Source: a virus. From it: 64,000 nucleotides of DNA. The notes beneath the pieces are model-generated. The model saw only the letters and a list, made by a program, of their open reading frames with translations, did no database searches and had not been told where the DNA came from. Below, one piece after another: positions 9,229 through 20,507 of this stretch; the stretch's first letter is position 1; every line of letters starts with the position of its first letter. The stretch spans positions 96,001 through 160,000 of the IMG/VR virus record IMGVR_UViG_3300047476_000982, one strand, 5' to 3'. The position numbers were made by a program, and so were the translations under genes.

Positions 9229-10263
9229 TTATTTAATCTTTATGAGGATTGGGTATTTAGGATCATCTATTTCTTTAGCATTAGGAAGTCTGCCTTGAAT
9301 ATACTTCATGTACAGTTTTGCTCTTGAGTTAGAGTCTAAGTCTCTTTCTTTTCCACTTATAGGATTAGGAAGTTTTCTTTTAGCAGGGTTAAATGTTATA
9401 TACTTGATGTATGAATTAATGGCTAGATCTTCTTTTATTATGGCAGCAAGGGTATTCATTACTCTATACTGTTCTCCCTTATTTGTTATTACATTTTGGT
9501 TTGATCCTGCTCCAACGTCGTCTTTGTCAAACACTCCAAAGTTTATATACAATACTATACCAAGATCATCATCCGTCTCTTCTTCTAATTCAACCATATA
9601 ATCAAGACCACTATCAGTTTCAAAAGAATACACTCTACGATCTTCTCCGTCTTCTACTGTTTTAAATGGATATGGCTTCATCTTTTCACTATCCAATCCA
9701 ATCTCATTTACTTTTTTTTTATCTTTAAAGTCTTGATTGACGTAATACTTGAAGGAATGTTTTGATGCTTCCTCATTCTTCTTAAAGGTTGGGAATAAGG
9801 TTTGTACGTAGTGGTCGTATACATTTCCTCTTTTAGGATCTGTTGGTGACCATGCCATTGCGTATATCTTATCCATACCTCCAACCTTGTTGACAGTATT
9901 CTTTACAGCTTGAACCACGGTAGCCAGAACTTTCAATACATCTCCAGCTCCTGTCTTTTGATCGTACTTAGTCTCATCATCCGGATCTTCATCACCAGGA
10001 TCAGGAATAAAATCGCCCTTAGTTCCTTGAGCAGTAGTGTCTGCACCGAATGCCACGTATAAAGTAATTCCAGGGTCCTTTGGTTTCTTGGATGATAATA
10101 CCGTTACTTCCATAGGATCTCCCTTAACATTAGTATAGGCGTACTTATAGTAGTCTCCGTACCCTAAATTCTTAGATGCTATCTTATCAAACTTATAAGC
10201 ATCTTCTGGCTTAGGCATGTTTAACTCTAGAGTAAGGTCTTCGAGTAGTTGTCTTAATTTCAT
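9229..10263 (-). CDS. hypothetical protein with an internally duplicated domain (possibly virion-associated)
   Basis: Two similar halves; N-terminus MKLRQLLED; ATATTTATA motif upstream. Confidence 0.7.
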   Translation of the reverse strand: MKLRQLLEDLTLELNMPKPEDAYKFDKIASKNLGYGDYYKYAYTNVKGDPMEVTVLSSKKPKDPGITLYVAFGADTTAQGTKGDFIPDPGDEDPDDETKYDQKTGAGDVLKVLATVVQAVKNTVNKVGGMDKIYAMAWSPTDPKRGNVYDHYVQTLFPTFKKNEEASKHSFKYYVNQDFKDKKKVNEIGLDSEKMKPYPFKTVEDGEDRRVYSFETDSGLDYMVELEEETDDDLGIVLYINFGVFDKDDVGAGSNQNVITNKGEQYRVMNTLAAIIKEDLAINSYIKYITFNPAKRKLPNPISGKERDLDSNSRAKLYMKYIQGRLPNAKEIDDPKYPILIKIK

Positions 10264-12068
10264 CCTGATCTTTTTATATAAATATCTTTAGACTCTACTA
10301 TCTAAATCTCTTAACATCCATTTGATCTTGTCTATCTCTTCTAGGATCAGATCTAACTTAGATCCTATAGTTGAAGTGTTAGGCTTCTTAAGATCTGTAA
10401 CAGCATAAGCAACTCCATCACCATATTCAATTTGGTAATTTACTTCTTTACCATGGGTTGGGAAGTTTGCCATTTGGTATTCATGCATCCAAGCTCTATG
10501 TTCATTTGGATGAAGTGGAATACCTTTAGACCATAAGCCATTATAATAAACGGTGTACACTGTCCATTCACCATCCATATATCTTAAAAATCCTGGGAAT
10601 ACTTCATATAACCCGTCTTTCTGACTTTCATTCATCATGTCTATTAGAATTTGTTTTCTTTCTTCTTTGTTCATATTGTTATATTAAAAAATGAATGGAT
10701 CTTCTTCTTTATCATCTAGATATAGATAGATAAGATTATAAACAGAGTATACCATGCCTCCAAAGGCAATGGCTAGGAACGAATAAAGCATAACAATTCC
10801 AAAAGTACGTGGATATGTATATGCTATAGTTGCCACTAATCCAACTAATAAGAATAGTAAGATCGTATAGATTCCGGCTTTTATTTTCTTGTTCATATTA
10901 ATTTTCAAAATATTTAAAATCATTTAAGCAAGCAAACAGACATTCCAATTCATCAACATGAACATCAATTCTTTTAGTTTGATAACCATTATCAGTTTTG
11001 GTTTCAATAGATATATCAAATCCCTCACCATTAGACCATTCAGTTACTTTACAAAATGTATCAACTAATCCCTGCATCTGATATTCAATAGAACGTGACG
11101 TACCAAACTTTTTGGGTAGGTAGCCGTCAATTTCCTGAATGTCTTCGTTTGTTATCTTTAGCCACTTGGCTATTTTTTTCTTTATACTCATATTATATGT
11201 TTTTAACTAATTCAATTAACTTATTAAGACAAGCAAGTTCTGCTTCTTCGTAGGTTTCAAAATCATTTTCAGGTTCACCCCAACTAACAATTACTTCGTC
11301 TTTTAGATTATCAATTCTAAATGTGTATCCTATTGGGTAAAAAAAGGCATCAACTTTACCCATATATCCATATTTTTCTCTAAACCATCTAAATGCTTGT
11401 TGGTATAGTGGTAGTCCAATTCTTATATCTTTTAATTCTCCAAAAACATTATAGTCTGTTTTATGTAATTCCATTAATGGAGTATGAGCTAAACATTCTT
11501 CATCAAAACCTAACTCTTTAAGTTTTAATGCTTGTTCGTATGGTATAAATTCTTTGTTCATACTATCTGTTTTTCATTCTTTCCATTTGTTCCATATATT
11601 CCTCGAACCAAAAGTCCTTGTCCTCATCCCAATTACCTGTCAATTGAGGATAGAATTCCCAGAACATTCCACTCTTTAGTAGAGTATTATATGCTGTCTT
11701 TGCTTTGTCTAAATTCTCCATACTATAAATTTTACTTCATTAAAAATGCTGGGATCGTTGGATTGCCTTTCAAATACCACCATTCTGAACCATCATACTC
11801 GCCTCTTTCAAGCCAAGTACCATTCTCTAACCACACAATACCATCAAGATATTGCATACCATATCCATCATCGTAGTCAAAATCTAACTTACGCATGAAC
11901 TCTTCAAACTCCTCAGGAGTATAATTGTACATAAGATTGATCTTATTATTAGGCTCATCATCAAATTGTCCAAATGTACAGTTTGGAGTAATAGTTGCAC
12001 AGACTATACGGCTTTTTACCATTTTAACTACCCCTTCTAATTCTACTCTTGCATTCATAACTTTATAT

Positions 12069-12446
12069 TTAATATGATTCGTAAGACTTCTCTTCCACTA
12101 TACCTGAATTGGTTAGTAGGTTTATTTCCTTCTTAATCTTAGCTCTTTCATCATTTGTAATATACACAGATCTGGCCAATTCTATAAATCTGTCTCCAAA
12201 GTCCTTATATCTTTCACACTCTCGTATCTCATTCTCTATATCCCAAAGTCTTTTGTTGACTTCTGCAAGATCGACATACTTACTAAAAACTTTTTTGTCT
12301 CTAGTAAGTTCATTAAAGATAGGACGTAATTCATCCATCTCTTTCTGAACATTGTCTAGCTTGGCATCATCATTAATATTGGATCTCTTAATGATTAAGA
12401 TAGAGAACTTGTCTAAGATCTCTCCAGTAGATACTTCTATTTTCAT
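12069..12446 (-). CDS. DUF6165-like protein
   Basis: IEVSTGEILDKFSIL ... LWDIENEIR ... FIELARSVYITNDERAKIKKEIN. Confidence 0.75.
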   Translation of the reverse strand: MKIEVSTGEILDKFSILIIKRSNINDDAKLDNVQKEMDELRPIFNELTRDKKVFSKYVDLAEVNKRLWDIENEIRECERYKDFGDRFIELARSVYITNDERAKIKKEINLLTNSGIVEEKSYESY

Positions 12447-12927
12447 ATTTTAATATTGATAATGTTCTAAAAATTTATTTGTCTGGGTATCACTAAAGAA
12501 TTTCATTCCGTCAATCCATTCAGTCTTGCCATCTTTATATTTGATTCTCACCTCTTGGATCAATGGCTTATTAAGCACTGCTCTGAACTTAGAGATTCTC
12601 ATACCTATTATTTCTACAGTATGGGTTTTACCTACTAATCCTTCAGGTGTTCCTGGGGTGTACTTGACTTTCATATTACAGTTGTTTAAGTTCACGAATA
12701 CAATACTCTAAACATTGCTCTTTCATCTTCTCTCTTGCTGGCCATCCGTATCTAGCATCCTCCTCGTATGATCCTTCCAATTCAAATGATTCTGGTGTAT
12801 CATATTTTGAGGCTCTGTGCACAATACCTTCTGGAAAATGTTTTAGCATACCTTCGAAGTTATCACTCTTGATACATTCTAATAGATCTATAATGTGTAT
12901 CACGTCTTCTATAATGTGTTTCATGTC

Positions 12928-13116
12928 TTAGTCTAGTATTATATATTTTATTATTTTACCTGATAATTCTATTTCATCATAGTTGTTAGGTATATCATAT
13001 ACCCACTCATATGAATTCCAATATACTACCCCCATATCACCATACTCGTCTTGAGCCAGTACTCGCTTACTAGTATAGGGTAATTGTTTTGGGTCTGTTA
13101 CTTCAATCCAATTCAT
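12928..13116 (-). CDS. DUF551-like small phage protein
   Basis: MNWIEVTDPKQLP...VLA pattern. Confidence 0.45.
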   Translation of the reverse strand: MNWIEVTDPKQLPYTSKRVLAQDEYGDMGVVYWNSYEWVYDIPNNYDEIELSGKIIKYIILD

Positions 13117-13795
13117 GTCTTAATTTTATTGTTTGAACGAAAATGATTCTTGCTCCCACTTTCCACTGATAGGACATAAAGTCTCAAGTGTATAGTCTCC
13201 ATTGTAAGCACGATTCTCACGGTGAGTCAACCACACTCTTTCGTCTCCTGAGTTCATGACTAGCTCATCACCATCCCAAGCCTGTTCGATTGCTTCAAGT
13301 ACAATAAGATCTGAACGTCTGTAAATTCCTTCTCTAAACATATATTGATAATTTTGTTGGTTAATTAATTTTGGTTGGAAATTAGGCGGCATTCATTAAG
13401 AATGCTTTACACGCCCAATTCTTAGCACCTACCGCTTCGTACTGTTTTTGAGAATACAAATTCGTGTCGATCCAATAAGAGTTGATAGTACCGACAGTAA
13501 GACCTTCAAGTATGTCCTCATCGATCACGACAATCTTCTTGCCTTTTCTAGCGAATACAGTAAGCCAATGCTGTCCGCCTTCTGCCATGAATTGGATAGT
13601 TTGAAGTGAACCTTTTTTCCAGCTAGACAACAGTTGGGCAGGTCCAAAATTATTAGCCATGTCATCGTTATATTTTGCTTCCGCAATACTCATGAACCCG
13701 GCTTGACATTTGTAGACGATCCTGTAAGATCCTTTTTGTTTTCTGATAAAGTTGCAGGTTCCGAGTCCGAGGGTGTTGATAATCTTGTTCATATT

Positions 13796-13948
13796 CATTA
13801 TTGATTTGTTACATAGTAAAATTAAGACATTCCAGTCAAATAAAAAAATCTTTTTAGTCTTTTTTTGAAAATTCTCGATTGGAAATCAATCAGTTATAAG
13901 TGGTTGAAAACCAATCAGTTATAAAGTATTGATAATCAATCAGTTATA
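13796..13948 (-). promoter_or_regulatory. promoter cassette copy 2
   Basis: Repeats at 13879-13898, 13904-13923 and 13929-13948 (25-bp period) plus the conserved core. Confidence 0.85.
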
Positions 13949-13978
13949 AAAAAGAGGCCCGGGTGGATACCCAGGCCG
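13948..13978 (-). terminator. rho-independent terminator
   Basis: GGCCCGGGT-GGAT-ACCCAGGCC hairpin next to an A-run; lies downstream of ORF 14004-14249. Confidence 0.7.
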
Positions 13979-14003
13979 AAATAATCAATAATGAGTGAGG
14001 TTA

Positions 14004-14249
14004 TTAAGCCTCCAAGCTAGAAAGCTTGTACACATTAGACTGACGTCCACGTGTCATGTCGTAAGCTTCATTAACGATACGATCGTTGAAGTACTTACCT
14101 GTTAGTACGTCCGCAACATGGGTTGTAGAGAAACCAGTTGTCTCAGCAACTCTAGTTACATCTCCAAGACGGAGCTTACGGTTAATACGACTAACTTTCT
14201 GAATGTAGCTCAATTTAGTGTAAGAGCTCGGGCGATTTGAATTTTGCAT
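14004..14249 (-). CDS. small basic protein, possible HTH DNA-binding protein
   Basis: GDVTRVAETTGFSTTHVADVLTG resembles an HTH; has its own promoter-like upstream sequence and terminator. Confidence 0.5.
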   Translation of the reverse strand: MQNSNRPSSYTKLSYIQKVSRINRKLRLGDVTRVAETTGFSTTHVADVLTGKYFNDRIVNEAYDMTRGRQSNVYKLSSLEA

Positions 14250-14338
14250 AACTGCTTTTTTTTGTTTTTTAATATAAATGTAAATTAAGACATTTTTTTG
14301 TTGTATAAAAATCTATCTTTAGAGTAGATAAGTTTTTT

Positions 14339-14839
14339 TTAGAATTCGTCTTCAAATAGATCATCTCCGAAGTCTTCAAATACCGGCTGATTCATCTCAG
14401 CATTCACTAAGTCTAAAGTTTGTAGTGCAAACTCTTTACTAACCCAAGGACTACCGTCTACATCTACGATGTCAGCAATGTAGTAAAGTCCGTCCATTTC
14501 TTTTAAGTCGCTCAATTTCATTTTGTAATTCATAACCTTTATTGTTTTAATTTTTTAATCTATTAATGCTTTTACTTTAGTTACCCAAGCAGTTATATCC
14601 TCGATAAATTGTTTTGCTCTATCTACAGTTTTAGTATAAGCAAAAAACTGACAATACTCAGAGTCGAAGGTAATACTTGAGCAATCTATATGCTTCCGAA
14701 TATATTCCTCAAGATCATAAGCACTTTCAAAATCTCTAAATTTATAGGCATTTGCTATCTTGCCTGTAACTGTGTACTCTTCTTTGTCTTCGTCTAACTT
14801 GTAAATAAGGAACCCAACTGGATACTTAATGTCTTGCAT
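14339..14839 (-). other. two hypothetical ORFs (14339-14533, 14555-14839)
   Basis: ORF track. Confidence 0.6.
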
Positions 14840-14862
14840 AACCTTTATTGTTTTAATTTTTG

Positions 14863-14936
14863 CGCATCCTCCTGGACTCGAACCAGGGACCTAATGATTA
14901 ACAGTCATTTGCTCTAACCAACTGAGCTAAGGATGC
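14863..14936 (-). tRNA. tRNA-Asn(GTT)
   Basis: Cloverleaf: acceptor GCATCCT/AGGATGC, anticodon arm AATGA-CTGTTAA-TCATT, T-loop TTCGAGT; no encoded CCA. Confidence 0.95.
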
Positions 14937-15040
14937 GTGGCGTTCCATATTACTCACATCTGATAATCATATCGGATTACCAACTTAATCCTACAACAGC
15001 TTTTAACTGAGAGATTGCAGGGATATGTATGGAACATTTT

Positions 15041-15152
15041 GCAGTCAGGGCAGGATTCGAACCTGCGACTTTTTCGGATAACTCTTTTATAAGCAACGGT
15101 TGATGCTATCTTCCGCCACTGTCCTTGCGTCTACCAATTTCGCCACCTGACT
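15041..15152 (-). ncRNA. tRNA-like element a (anticodon arm replaced by a ~60-nt insert)
   Basis: AGTCAGGTGGCGAAATTGGTAGACGC-[insert]-GCAGGTTCGAATCCTGCCCTGACT. Confidence 0.8.
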
Positions 15153-15154
15153 TG

Positions 15155-15236
15155 TACCCCATGAGAGACTCGAACTCTCAAACCTTACGGCAATAGATCC
15201 TAAATCTATCGTGTCTACCAATTCCACCAACGGGGC
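15155..15236 (-). tRNA. tRNA-Leu(TAG)
   Basis: Anticodon arm ATAGA-TTTAGGA-TCTAT, long variable arm, T-loop TTCGAGT. Confidence 0.95.
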
Positions 15237-15358
15237 TGGTCGGGTCTCTCCCCGTATGTCACTTGCTGAGATCTTTACCGGCGGTCGCACTGTACATAAC
15301 CTAGATAAGTTGTACAGATTCTCCATTTAGGGCTCTCTTTAAGTTACATTCCCCCAAA

Positions 15359-15461
15359 GTAGTCAGGACAGGACTCGAACCTGTAAGAACTTACGTGGCA
15401 CGGTCACTTGCAGTTCTCTCTCTTGCCGTACGATAGCGTTTCCCATTTGCGCCACCTGACT
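15359..15461 (-). ncRNA. tRNA-like element b (~51-nt insert)
   Basis: AGTCAGGTGGCGCAAATGGGAAACGC-[insert]-ACAGGTTCGAGTCCTGTCCTGACTAC. Confidence 0.8.
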
Positions 15462-16201
15462 AGTTGTTTAATCCCAACAACCTGCTAAGACCTCTAAATG
15501 GTGGTCGATAGCAATTTGAGTGGATCTGAAAGAGTCATAGTCAAACTTTAACTCTGGCCACCTACTATCATCATCCCATCCTTTAGGGAACATAGGTTCG
15601 TAATTAGGATTTTGTTGCATGTATTCTTCTTGGCTCATGCGGACCATTTTTTCTAATTCATTCTTACACATATTATAAAATTTTAATTGTTACTAAAGAT
15701 AATCTTGGATGTCATATGAATGTTCTGTCTGATAGATCTTGACAATACTATCTCCATGAAATTCAACACTCTTTTTTAAAGCTTCACGATTCTTGACAGG
15801 ATAATCAAGTATCCCACCATTAGGATGTCTCAATTCGACTCTTACGCAATCGTAAGACTCAATGTATCCGGTAAATTCTGCATCGAACTGTTCTTGTTCT
15901 GTCTCAAAGCTAAACTTAAAATCTGCGATATTCATATTCATTATTGATTTGTTGTTATTAAAGATTATGCTTCTACATGCACACCAAAAATGTAAGATGT
16001 AACTTCGCATTCAAGGTTTAGCATTAAGTCGCCAGGTCCGATATGACGTCTAACAAATGATTTGTCTATGTACATACCATCTAGCGTGACAGTATCGTCG
16101 TTCTTAAAAGATTCAAAATAATCCGCAGTCCTGTTCAAGCATCTGCTTCTGAGGGCGGCTGTCAATTGCGGAAGGTTCATTCTGTAGTTACTAAGCATAT
16201 T

Positions 16202-16356
16202 CATTATTGATTTGATACATAGTAAAATTAAGACAAATTTTTGATATAAAAAAATTTTTTTTGATCTTTTTCAAAAATTGTCGATTGAAAATCAATAAGT
16301 TATAACTTGTTGATAATCAATTAGTTATGTAAGTGATTGAAAATCAATAACTTATG
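16202..16356 (-). promoter_or_regulatory. promoter cassette copy 3
   Basis: Repeats at 16285-16304, 16310-16329 and 16337-16356 plus the conserved core. Confidence 0.85.
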
Positions 16357-17512
16357 CCATTATTGGTTCAAAAGGATGATCATTTGGACGCAGAAGACGC
16401 TCAGGATCGCTGCCAGGATCACCACAATCATCACAGACGAGGCATCTCTTTGTCCGTAGACATCTTTATAGACTTTTCTAACCATCCAATTAGACGCATG
16501 TTGAATGCCTGCAAATAGGAATACAAGGGCGATTGTTGCAATAAGTGTTGCCATATTATTTTGTTTTACATTCTTTTTCTAAATAATTCCATAAAGATTT
16601 TACATCGTAGCAAATAGGTTTCTCATCTTTATCCCATGCTTTAGGATTCTTCTTACTCATCTTCTTACCAAAATCATTTTCATAACAAAACCAACTGAAC
16701 CAGTCATAACCTTCTAAACCGTAAATCTCAGTAAACAAAGTTGTTATAACACATTCATAAGGATCTGCAAAATTAATTAAGTCTACATTAAGACTATTTA
16801 ATGTATGCATGTCATCATTTTGTTTCTTTAGTGTGTTGATGATCACTGTAAATGTTGATAGTTCCATAACTTAAAATTTACCCCATTGACTATTTTTCTT
16901 AAGTTCTTCTGCTATTTTAAAACCTAAAAATATGTCCTTAAAAAATTTTACTATTTTATTCTTCATTCTTTTTCTTTGTCCATTTAGAATTAGCTACTAG
17001 ATCATCCCAATCTTTATATCCTTGTGACTTAGCATACTCATCATTCTTTTTTCTTTGATATGCTTTAATTACTTCAGGTTCTCTCATCTGATCACTATCA
17101 GTAAAGCCAAGTGCTTTAGCACATTCCTCTTCACACCATTCATGTGAACCTATCTTTATTTCAATTGGTAGATCTGTTTCTATTGATTCAATAAAGTCTT
17201 CAAACTGAGATGCTACTTCATGAGGTAGAGTGTAGATTCCTTCATCTACTTGATAACCTGATTCATTCTCTTTATCAAATATTTCAATCCTACCCATTCT
17301 GTATTTCTCACCAAATAAACTAAATACACCATAACCTACAGTTGAATAATAATACCTACCCTCTCTTGCCACACCATTTACATCAATACAAGCTGGATTC
17401 ATTTCAATGTAATTAGCAAGATGATCAGCAAACTCTTCAGGTGTTGAATTAGGATAATTGTACTTAACATTGTCTATATACCATTTAAGTTTGTCCCTAT
17501 TTACTTTCATAC

Positions 17513-17983
17513 TTATTCACTTAATCTATGTGTTACTGTAATTATGTTTACTTGTGTTGCGATATTTGATTCTTCACAATCATAGTTCAAACAAATAGCT
17601 GATCTAATTACACTATTAATGTCAACTACTCTTTCATCAAACATCTTCTCTGTAATTCTAGGAACTTCGTCTTCAATACAACAAGCGCCACCACAATCTT
17701 TATATCTAACCACTTTAGAAATAGTATAGATGTATCTAGTCTTTGCCCTTGCTATTGCCTTATATACTGTATCAATATGTTCAGGTAGGTAATAGTCATA
17801 GCTATCCAAATAGCAAATGTATTTCAAACCTTCACCTAGTATAGATTGAATAGTCTGATCAATAGACTCAGGATTGGTCTCATAGACTTTAAACTCTTTA
17901 TTTGTTTGTTGTTCTAATGAAGCCAAACATTTATTTAAGAGTCTATCTTCTCCTTCATGTTTAATTAGTAGTACTGCTATCAT
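17513..17983 (-). CDS. short GT2-like glycosyltransferase domain protein
   Basis: LASLEQQT ... YICYLDSYDYYLPEHI. Confidence 0.55.
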   Translation of the reverse strand: MIAVLLIKHEGEDRLLNKCLASLEQQTNKEFKVYETNPESIDQTIQSILGEGLKYICYLDSYDYYLPEHIDTVYKAIARAKTRYIYTISKVVRYKDCGGACCIEDEVPRITEKMFDERVVDINSVIRSAICLNYDCEESNIATQVNIITVTHRLSE

Positions 17984-18912
17984 AATTATTTAATTTTAAC
18001 TTCACCATTAATTAATAGGTCTGCTATTTTCTTTTGACCAAGTTCTACTTTCTCCTCTAGATTCTCTGCTCTAGCATTTAAATAACCTACAACAAAACCA
18101 TTAATCCAAAAGTACTTATCATTCTCATCACAACCCTGACATCCTTCCCATTGCTTTTCGGCTAGTTGTTCTATTTCTTTTAATGTCATGATTTATTTTT
18201 TAATACCAAACGCATCAAATGCTGATACGGTAGGTAATGGTTTATCCAAATGTACTATACGATATGAATATAATTTATCGATGATTTCTATTAAACGCTT
18301 CTTAGCATTTTCATCAATAATACTACACTCATCAGTATATTCTAATTCTATGTCGGTTGTTTTAATTTTCAGTGTCATAACTTATTTAGTTGATTTAATC
18401 AATTCAATAAATTTATCTAATTCTTGTCTATTAAATACAAATAATTCTAAAGTGTATCTAGTATCATCGAAAAATTTTGATCCTTCTTCTACCTTAACAT
18501 CTTTCCATCTATTTGCAATCATCTCATCTGTAAATCTCTTTACTACTTCGTGTGTAAATCGTGCTTGTATATTATCAAAAACTCGACTTAACTCATACTC
18601 CATTTCTTTAGTCATTACATAATGTGATGTGACTTTGCTACCTACTATCATCTTTGATATTTCTGGTGTCATAACTTATTTATATTCTTTCAATTTTCCT
18701 AATAACAGTTCTATTAACAGGATACATAGCTACTGTTTCTCTATGTTTAATTCCATCCTCATCTTCTCCTATTATCTTCCAAAAATCATAAACACCACTG
18801 CTAGTACCCCAATTAATTCCATCAGCTTCCACCGTTATAAGGTTTGTTATTATACCTAACGGACCACCAACTATTAAATCTAAATGGTATAAGTTCATTT
18901 GTTATTTCTTTT

Positions 18913-19051
18913 GTAGTCAGGACAGGATTCGAACCTGTATAATTGCCTTTAAAGGGTAAGGGTGGTCAACTAGGAACGGGAACTTTCACCCATCTCGTAT
19001 ACTCTAATCCCTTGGAGGTAACCCTGCGTCTACCAATTTCGCCACCTGACT
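18913..19051 (-). ncRNA. tRNA-like element c (~87-nt insert)
   Basis: Same scaffold as element a, with a different insert. Confidence 0.8.
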
Positions 19052-19059
19052 GACCTTTA

Positions 19060-19857
19060 TTACTTAATAGCTTTTACAAATGGAAGTGCTTGTCCAGACC
19101 ACGTAGATGGTAATACACCATTCCATTTTTGAATTGCTTCTTGTTGCAATAACTCTTGAGTAATACCTCTTGATTTGATAATATTCTCTTGAGCTTGTAG
19201 CTCAGCAAGTTCATTACGTTTCTTTTGTTCAGCAATCTGTTGATCGAGTACAGTAATGTTTGTATTCACCTCATTACGATTATCAATCTTAGCCTTCACT
19301 TTTTCAGAAAAGTCTAGGTTACAGCTAAAGGTTATTAGTTCAAGACCTTTATCTTCAAATGACTTCTTAACAAGCTTCTGTACTACATCTTCAAATCTAA
19401 GTGAACCACCATTAGCCATCAAAGTATCTGTTACATACTTCCTTGATTCTTCTTTAATCAAATCATAAACGTGAGGTTCAAGTACATTGTCTTCTAATGC
19501 ACGCATAAAATCATCTCCTGATCCAAGTCTACTATTCTGGAATACTAGATCAACTACTTTACTCTTCATTACCTTGTAACTGTATAAAGGTTTTGCAGTG
19601 AACTCAGTATTGTCTGCTGCTTTAAGATGTAATAACTTGTCTTCAAAATCTGCTCTTTGTTCAAATGCTGGCACTTGGAATAGTTCTGTTCCAGGACTCA
19701 TTACATTTACCCTACCTTGTTGAGGTGTGTAATCATCCTTACCGTTCTTACCATAATTCTCCATCAATACACCGAAGTAGTTCGGTGCTACACGTTCACA
19801 TGAATCAAATACAAAAATAATTAATAATGCTGCTAAACTGACGATAACTCTTTTCAT
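19060..19857 (-). CDS. SPFH/Band-7 (prohibitin-like) protein with a lipoprotein-type signal
   Basis: Start MKRVIVSLAALLIIFVFDSC; SPFH-like core and C-terminal coiled coil ending QKWNGVLP. Confidence 0.85.
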   Translation of the reverse strand: MKRVIVSLAALLIIFVFDSCERVAPNYFGVLMENYGKNGKDDYTPQQGRVNVMSPGTELFQVPAFEQRADFEDKLLHLKAADNTEFTAKPLYSYKVMKSKVVDLVFQNSRLGSGDDFMRALEDNVLEPHVYDLIKEESRKYVTDTLMANGGSLRFEDVVQKLVKKSFEDKGLELITFSCNLDFSEKVKAKIDNRNEVNTNITVLDQQIAEQKKRNELAELQAQENIIKSRGITQELLQQEAIQKWNGVLPSTWSGQALPFVKAIK

Positions 19858-19859
19858 TT

Positions 19860-20012
19860 TTATTTGTTTTTTAAATACTGATTGAATCCTAAAATAATTA
19901 TAAATCCTAAACCAAATGCAAGCCATGGGTTAATATGATTAAATGACCATGCTATTGCAAATACAGATAGAAGAACTATCAATATCAAAATTAAATATTT
20001 ATTGTTTATCAT
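19860..20012 (-). CDS. small two-TM membrane protein (50 aa) upstream of the SPFH gene
   Basis: Read manually: MINNKYLILILIVLLSVFAIAWSFNHINPWLAFGLGFIIILGFNQYLKNK. Confidence 0.7.
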   Translation of the reverse strand: MINNKYLILILIVLLSVFAIAWSFNHINPWLAFGLGFIIILGFNQYLKNK

Positions 20013-20026
20013 AAAAATCTATTTTT

Positions 20027-20127
20027 GTAGTCAGGACAGGATTCGAACCTATACTCCGGCAAGTGCTTGGTACTATTCCCTCTCGGGCTACTCCCATTTC
20101 CGTCTGCTGCCATTACAATACCTGACT
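20027..20127 (-). ncRNA. tRNA-like element d (~50-nt insert, divergent D-arm)
   Basis: AGTCAGGTA...ATAGGTTCGAATCCTGTCCTGACTAC. Confidence 0.75.
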
Positions 20128-20135
20128 ATTTTTAT

Positions 20136-20360
20136 TTACTTATTTCTTTTTATTGAACTTAATGCTTTGTACCCGCTATTTTTTATTGATTCCCCTATCT
20201 TTTCATATCCTCTCCAAACTTCTGATGCCCAAGTATATCTTGGGTTGATTGCTTTTCCGAAGTTTAATTCCCCGTCATAATCAACTCCAGCCCAATCAAC
20301 TTCTGGTGGCTGGTTACGGAAAACCTCTTGTCCAATTTCATTTTGTCCTTGATATTTCAT
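20136..20360 (-). CDS. hypothetical protein between elements e and d
   Basis: Start trimmed to MKYQGQ; the longer track ORF runs into element e. Confidence 0.6.
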   Translation of the reverse strand: MKYQGQNEIGQEVFRNQPPEVDWAGVDYDGELNFGKAINPRYTWASEVWRGYEKIGESIKNSGYKALSSIKRNK

Positions 20361-20373
20361 AACTTTTAATTTA

Positions 20374-20507
20374 GTAGTCAGGACAGGATTCGAACCTGTA
20401 TTAGCTGTATGCAACCCGTAGCAGGATGTGACCAATTACGTCATTGGCTTGACAGAGCATACATTTAATCCCACACTAATAGCGTTTACCAGTTCCGCCA
20501 CCTGACT
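20374..20507 (-). ncRNA. tRNA-like element e (~82-nt insert)
   Basis: AGTCAGGTGGCGGAACTGGTAAACGC-[insert]-ACAGGTTCGAATCCTGTCCTGACTAC. Confidence 0.8.

Larger units (their letters stand above)
10288..13798 (-). other. run of small hypothetical ORFs (10288-10674, 10684-, 10898-11191, 11193-11561, 11732-12058, 12450-, 12676-12924, 13126-13392, 13382-13798)
   Basis: Tightly packed minus-strand ORFs typical of phage early/accessory regions. Confidence 0.7.
15468..18898 (-). other. run of small hypothetical ORFs (15468-15671, 15693-, 15965-16204, 16360-16554, 16556-16867, 16956-17510, 17986-18189, 18193-18378, 18382-18672, 18680-18898)
   Basis: ORF track; tightly packed, same strand. Confidence 0.7.

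Noticed and set aside
13879-13948. Triple 20-bp repeats as a mini CRISPR array
   Set aside because: Spacers are only 5-7 bp, there are three units, no cas genes are present, and all copies are tied to promoters
15087-15326. Track ORFs overlapping RNA genes (also 49962-50156, 51357-51584, 51370-51621, and the 5' extensions of 20136-20435 and 49552-49929)
   Set aside because: They coincide with tRNA, tRNA-like or structured RNA sequence and give implausible peptides
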